DNA from: Deferribacterales bacterium
GTDB taxonomy: Bacteria; Chrysiogenota; Deferribacteres; Deferribacterales; Geovibrionaceae
Direction: 5' to 3'
Length of the DNA: 64,000 nucleotides
NCBI GenBank assembly: GCA_050251875.1
Contig: JBFWMA010000002.1
Coordinates: 422,401-486,400 of the forward strand
Shown: positions 59,945-64,000 of the stretch, in pieces
Layout of the letters: each line of letters opens with the position of its first letter
How positions within the stretch are numbered: the first letter of the stretch is position 1
Program-made: the position numbers and the translations under genes
The notes under the pieces: generated by a model
Databases searched by the model: none
Told to the model about the DNA's origin: nothing
What the model saw: the letters and a program-made list of their open reading frames with translations, nothing else

Positions 59945-61150
59945 TTATTTAATTTCGTTCATCTTTTCAATGTAAGCGTAAACTTTGCTGGGAATTTTAA
60001 TATCGGCAGGATTCACGGGACCTAAAATCTTTCTTTTGTTGATAGCCGACACAGACAGATCAACTATCTGGATAGGCTTCTCACGCCCCATTTTATCAGA
60101 AAAAATCAGCACGGTAGGATTAGTGGGTTTGTTATGGTTTATTCTGCCTATAACGCCCAGTTCGTTGGTATCCATCAGAACGAGCGATCCAACGGGATAT
60201 ATGCCGACGTTCATCACGAAGAAATCGAATACTTTTCTGTTTATGTGCGAATCAGTCCACTTGAACATCAGACGGAGCGCCTGCGCCGCCTCCATGCCCT
60301 TGTGATAGCATCTGTCGCTGGTGATGGCGTCATAAATGTCCACCACAGCTCCTATTTTGCCCTCTATGGATATTTCCTCATCCTTCAGCCCGTTCGGATA
60401 TCCTGAGCCATCGTGGCGCTCGTGGTGCTGGAGAGTGAGGTTAAGCATATCCTCCGGAACGCCGTTCTCCACCAGAAAATCATATCCTAGCTGGACGTGG
60501 CTCTTCATAATCCGGAACTCTTCCTCTGTCAGCTTGCCCGGTTTGTTCAGAATCTCCTGAGGGACAAGCATCTTGCCGACATCGTGCAGAAGCCCCGCTT
60601 TTGCTATGCGCTCTATGTCTCTGTGGCTCATACCCAGATGCGCCGCCAGACTTGACGCGAAAATACCCACATTCATGGAATGCTGGAATGTATAGTTGTC
60701 ATAGTGTTTCAGCTTGGTTACGCTCGCCAGAACACCTTTGCTTTTCATGGTTATCTCGGCAATGTTGGACGCCACGGCTTTGATCGCCCCGTCTTTGAAC
60801 AGTGCGCCCGTGCGGATATCCTCCATAAAGGATTTAACGACTTTCACCGATTCGGTATATATCACCTTGGCGTTTTTGACCTCATCCAGATTGATGTAGT
60901 TCTTTTTGATATCTTCTTTGTGACGGTTAATGACTGATTCGGCATTTCCGCTGTAAAGTTCTTTGATGGACTCTTCTTCTTCGGAATATTCGATATAGAC
61001 ATAGTCAACATTGCTGCTTTTGAGCTTGTCGATTACGCTTTGATCTTTAATAAGGAATTTGTGAGAGAAAAAACCAGTATCGAGCCAGTTTTTATCCAGC
61101 TTGACAACTTTATCGCCGATTTTTAAATCAACCACACTGACTTTTTTCAT
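59945..61150 (-). CDS. HD-GYP c-di-GMP phosphodiesterase with N-terminal DUF3391-like domain
   Basis: YTFQHS, LLHDVGK, HHERHDGSGYP, DIYDAITSDR.Y, IYPVGSLV. Confidence 0.93.
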   Translation of the reverse strand: MKKVSVVDLKIGDKVVKLDKNWLDTGFFSHKFLIKDQSVIDKLKSSNVDYVYIEYSEEEESIKELYSGNAESVINRHKEDIKKNYINLDEVKNAKVIYTESVKVVKSFMEDIRTGALFKDGAIKAVASNIAEITMKSKGVLASVTKLKHYDNYTFQHSMNVGIFASSLAAHLGMSHRDIERIAKAGLLHDVGKMLVPQEILNKPGKLTEEEFRIMKSHVQLGYDFLVENGVPEDMLNLTLQHHERHDGSGYPNGLKDEEISIEGKIGAVVDIYDAITSDRCYHKGMEAAQALRLMFKWTDSHINRKVFDFFVMNVGIYPVGSLVLMDTNELGVIGRINHNKPTNPTVLIFSDKMGREKPIQIVDLSVSAINKRKILGPVNPADIKIPSKVYAYIEKMNEIK

Positions 61151-61209
61151 TATTTACCTAAGTGTCTATATAACAAAAATCTAACGCAAATAATGAAAAT
61201 TATCAAGCG

Positions 61210-61878
61210 CTATGATTGAGACACTCCGTATTGCTTCTTTATAAACTGCCAACCGTTATACACATGTTTTTCCACCACTTTTTCGACAAGAGCTTCGTCT
61301 CTTTTTTCAAAAGCCTCAAGGAGTTCGTTGTGTTCGTCTCTCACTTCCTGAGTCCTGCCGTCTATGGAGAAGGAATACACGGTCGCTCTTTTGAACTGCT
61401 GCTGGAGTCCTTCGAGCATTTTGATCAGTCGGTCATTTCCGCATTTGTAAATAAATATTCTGTGAAAGTCATAGTTCCAGTTAATCATCTGGGACACGGC
61501 TTTGGATGATCCGGTGTCCATTTTCTTCACAAGATCTCTCATTTTTTCCAGATCATGTTTGTCTATGTGGGGCACAGCCAGCTTGGACGCCAGCGGTTCC
61601 AGCTTCATCTTTATAACGAAGATGTCGTCTATGTCTCTGTCTGTGAGAGTGGTAACCACAGCGCCTCTTCTGGGGATTATCTCGATAAATCCTTCCATCT
61701 CCAGAAGCCTCAGCGCCTCACGGATAGGTGTTCTTGATATACCCAGCATTTCAGACAGCTTAGGTTCGACAAGTCTCTCACCAGGCTTGATAATGCCTTT
61801 GATAATGTTATTTCTGATAGTCAGAGCAATTTTTTCACTCAGCGGCGTATTGTCAATATTAATGTCTTTGGCGCCCAC
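61210..61878 (-). CDS. GntR/FCD transcriptional regulator, paralog 2
   Basis: PGERLVE..LS..LGISRTPIREAL; FCD N..FH...EH. Confidence 0.93.
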   Translation of the reverse strand: MGAKDINIDNTPLSEKIALTIRNNIIKGIIKPGERLVEPKLSEMLGISRTPIREALRLLEMEGFIEIIPRRGAVVTTLTDRDIDDIFVIKMKLEPLASKLAVPHIDKHDLEKMRDLVKKMDTGSSKAVSQMINWNYDFHRIFIYKCGNDRLIKMLEGLQQQFKRATVYSFSIDGRTQEVRDEHNELLEAFEKRDEALVEKVVEKHVYNGWQFIKKQYGVSQS

Positions 61879-61896
61879 AACATCCTCTTTTTAAAG

Positions 61897-62565
61897 CTAA
61901 CTGCTTTTAATTTGTTCTTTAAGATATTCCCAGCTGCTAATTATATGGTCTCTGACAGTACGTTCTGCGAGATCCGGGTCTTTTGATATAAATGCGTCAA
62001 TAATTTTTTTGTGTTCTTTCACGGCGTTCTGCGCACGTCCTGTGTCGGAGACCAGCATGCTTTTCAGCCTCTGAAAGTTCTTCGACAGTCCGTCCAGAAT
62101 GTCCACCAGCTTCACATTGCCGGAGGCAGCAATAAAAATGTTATGAAAGTCTATATTATCTTTAAGGTATTCGTCTGATACGTCTGGATTTTTTTCTGCG
62201 TAATCTTTGAATTTACGATTGATCCCGATGAGGATTTCCAGCTGTTCTTCGCTGAGGTTTATGGTTGCCTGTCTGGCGGCGAGCCCTTCCAGATTCGCCT
62301 TGATAGCGTACAGGTCATCTATATCTTTAATGGTCAGCTCCTTCACCACGGCGCCTCTTCGGGGGACTATCTCTATGAAGCCCTCACCCTCGAGCTGGCG
62401 CAGAGCCTCCCTTATGGGAGTTCTGGAGATACCAAGATTTTTCGCGAGCTTTGGTTCTACAAGTCTTTCACCGTTGCGGAAGACGCCTTTGATTATGTCT
62501 GTTCTGATCTTATCGGCTATCTTCTCTCTTAACGGTTTACTCTCAATAAATACTTCCTGATTCAA
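61897..62565 (-). CDS. GntR/FCD transcriptional regulator, paralog 1
   Basis: GERLVE..LA..LGISRTPIREAL; N..FH...EH..H; TTG start. Confidence 0.93.
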   Translation of the reverse strand: MNQEVFIESKPLREKIADKIRTDIIKGVFRNGERLVEPKLAKNLGISRTPIREALRQLEGEGFIEIVPRRGAVVKELTIKDIDDLYAIKANLEGLAARQATINLSEEQLEILIGINRKFKDYAEKNPDVSDEYLKDNIDFHNIFIAASGNVKLVDILDGLSKNFQRLKSMLVSDTGRAQNAVKEHKKIIDAFISKDPDLAERTVRDHIISSWEYLKEQIKSS

Positions 62566-62602
62566 TCACTAAACCCCTTAAACATACATGTAAAAACTGA
62601 AC

Positions 62603-62630
62603 ATACAGTACACAGTATACTGTATACAGT
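62603..62630. promoter_or_regulatory. Tandem 7-bp repeat / palindromic operator upstream of the GntR pair
   Basis: ATACAGT ACACAGT ATACTGT ATACAGT, containing palindromes ACAGTATACTGT and ACTGTATACAGT. Confidence 0.65.
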
Positions 62631-62722
62631 CACAGAAAATATAACCGTTTTTTTATTGGCAGTCAATCAGTATAATATTAATATTTAAATTGATTTGGAT
62701 AAAAATTATCAGAGAGAAAAAG

Positions 62723-63058
62723 AAGAAGACCTATAAGCCGGATTCTGTCATAGACGGTCATTTATCTAGGCTCACAGTTGCCTGTGAGCTCGAGCTGCCT
62801 ACCCGCAGACAAAGAACGGGCCGTTCTGTACTGTCTGCCTATTTGGCATTGCACCGGATGGGGTTTGCCGTGCCGTTCACGTTGCCGTGAACGCGGTGGT
62901 CTCTTACACCGCCGTTTCACCCTTACCGGACCAGGTCCGGCGGTCTGTTTTCTGTGGCACTTTCCCTGTCTCTCGACAGGCCGACGTTATCGGTCACCCT
63001 GCCCTCTGGTGTCCGGACTTTCCTCCCGCGCATGCGCCGGCGACCGTCCGGTCTTCTT
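62723..63058 (-). ncRNA. rnpB: RNase P RNA (type A)
   Basis: Minus strand GAGGAAAGTCCGG, AGTGCCACAGAAA, GGGTGAAACGG, ACAGAATCCGGCTTA; terminal P1 helix aagaagacc/ggtcttctt. Confidence 0.96.
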
Positions 63059-63062
63059 AGCT

Positions 63063-63815
63063 TTATGTATATATTTTTGATCGCTCTTTGACAACTGTTT
63101 TAATGGGAATCATGATATCCGGTCTGTTTGTCGTCAGGCTGTCTATGCCCAGACTGCCGAAAAAACCGGCGTCATCCGTGTCGTCCACAGTCCACACGTT
63201 CATGAGCATTCCTTTCAGCCTGTCCCGCATGTGCATGCAGTGCACCCTGTCCGCCTTGGTGGAAAAACCGTCCAGTCCGGCGGACTTCACCATATCCAGC
63301 GCCTTGTCATAGGGCGCTCCTTTCAGGTTAAAACCGAATTCCCCTATCCACAGAGCCCTGTATTCACGCATGTTTGCTTTTATATGCTTTATGGTCTCAT
63401 AACCGAAGCCGAAGAGTATTATGTTGTCTCTGAGCCTCTCATAGCCCCTGAGCAGACTGCAAAGAGGAAGCGTAATCTCTTTTCCGCATTTGATCTCTAT
63501 ATAGACCTGGCGGTCGACAGGCAGAATATCCAGCACCTCAGACAGCTTTGGTATCCGCTCGCCGGCGTATATGTCAGATTTCCAGCTCCCTGCGTCCAGA
63601 GAAGCTATTCTGCTGTACAGCGTTTTACTGACGTCATAAGCCTGTCTGCATGTTCTTCTGGTGTTTTTATCGTGCAGGGCGACTATCTCGCCGTCCTGTG
63701 TCAGGCGGACATCCAGCTCTATGCCGTCACTGCCCTGCGACAGAGCCAGAGAAAAAGCGGAAAGTGTATTCTCGGGAGCGATGTATGACGCTCCTCTGTG
63801 GGCTATTATGCGCAT
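63063..63815 (-). CDS. Glycerophosphodiester phosphodiesterase
   Basis: IIAHRGAS..APENT, IELDV, HD, IEIK, WTVD, TN.P. Confidence 0.93.
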   Translation of the reverse strand: MRIIAHRGASYIAPENTLSAFSLALSQGSDGIELDVRLTQDGEIVALHDKNTRRTCRQAYDVSKTLYSRIASLDAGSWKSDIYAGERIPKLSEVLDILPVDRQVYIEIKCGKEITLPLCSLLRGYERLRDNIILFGFGYETIKHIKANMREYRALWIGEFGFNLKGAPYDKALDMVKSAGLDGFSTKADRVHCMHMRDRLKGMLMNVWTVDDTDDAGFFGSLGIDSLTTNRPDIMIPIKTVVKERSKIYT

Positions 63816-64000
63816 GTGGATAAGATACACCCGAAAAGCAAAAAAAGAAGTAAAAGAAATGATATATAGTATAAACTCAAGTTTCGCATCTTGATATAGT
63901 GCGATAACTTGTTGTTATAGCTAGGATAACAATAGAAAAAGTCTCACATAGATGGTATATTGATTTTCCAATAACAATTACATCAAGGAGACTTTTTCTA

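Noticed and set aside
62690..63080. Two small plus-strand ORFs
   Set aside because: They overlap RNase P RNA on the opposite strand

Overview
A mostly housekeeping stretch of a bacterial chromosome. Gene content and order suggest an anaerobic Gram-negative, possibly Deferribacterota (Seleniivibrio/Denitrovibrio-like); this is my inference, not a database result. Core genes: valS, ileS-lspA, cysS, purH/D/E, nadC, trxB, rsmI, tsaE/tsaC, dnaG-rpoD-tRNA(CAT), nif3-Zn ribbon-rnhA, accA-mutL-miaA-hfq, xseA-greA, and RNase P RNA. Signalling genes: a hybrid histidine kinase, tandem YkuI-like EAL proteins, PAS-GGDEF-EAL, HD-GYP, an MCP and tandem GntR regulators. No transposase, integrase, phage structural gene or CRISPR array was seen. 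The main oddities are: (1) an uncharacterised operon ending in a patatin phospholipase at the left edge; (2) an orphan cI/cro-like divergent XRE pair with overlapping promoters, a 28-bp palindrome and an apparently non-cleavable Cys-rich S24-like domain; (3) an RTX-like protein with 19-aa tyrosine-ladder repeats, a sigma28-like promoter and an in-frame TGA 35 codons before its apparent true end; (4) a triheme c7-type cytochrome; (5) a cysteine-free TlpA-fold protein coupled to trxB; (6) a REP-like palindromic element and strong operator-like palindromes.
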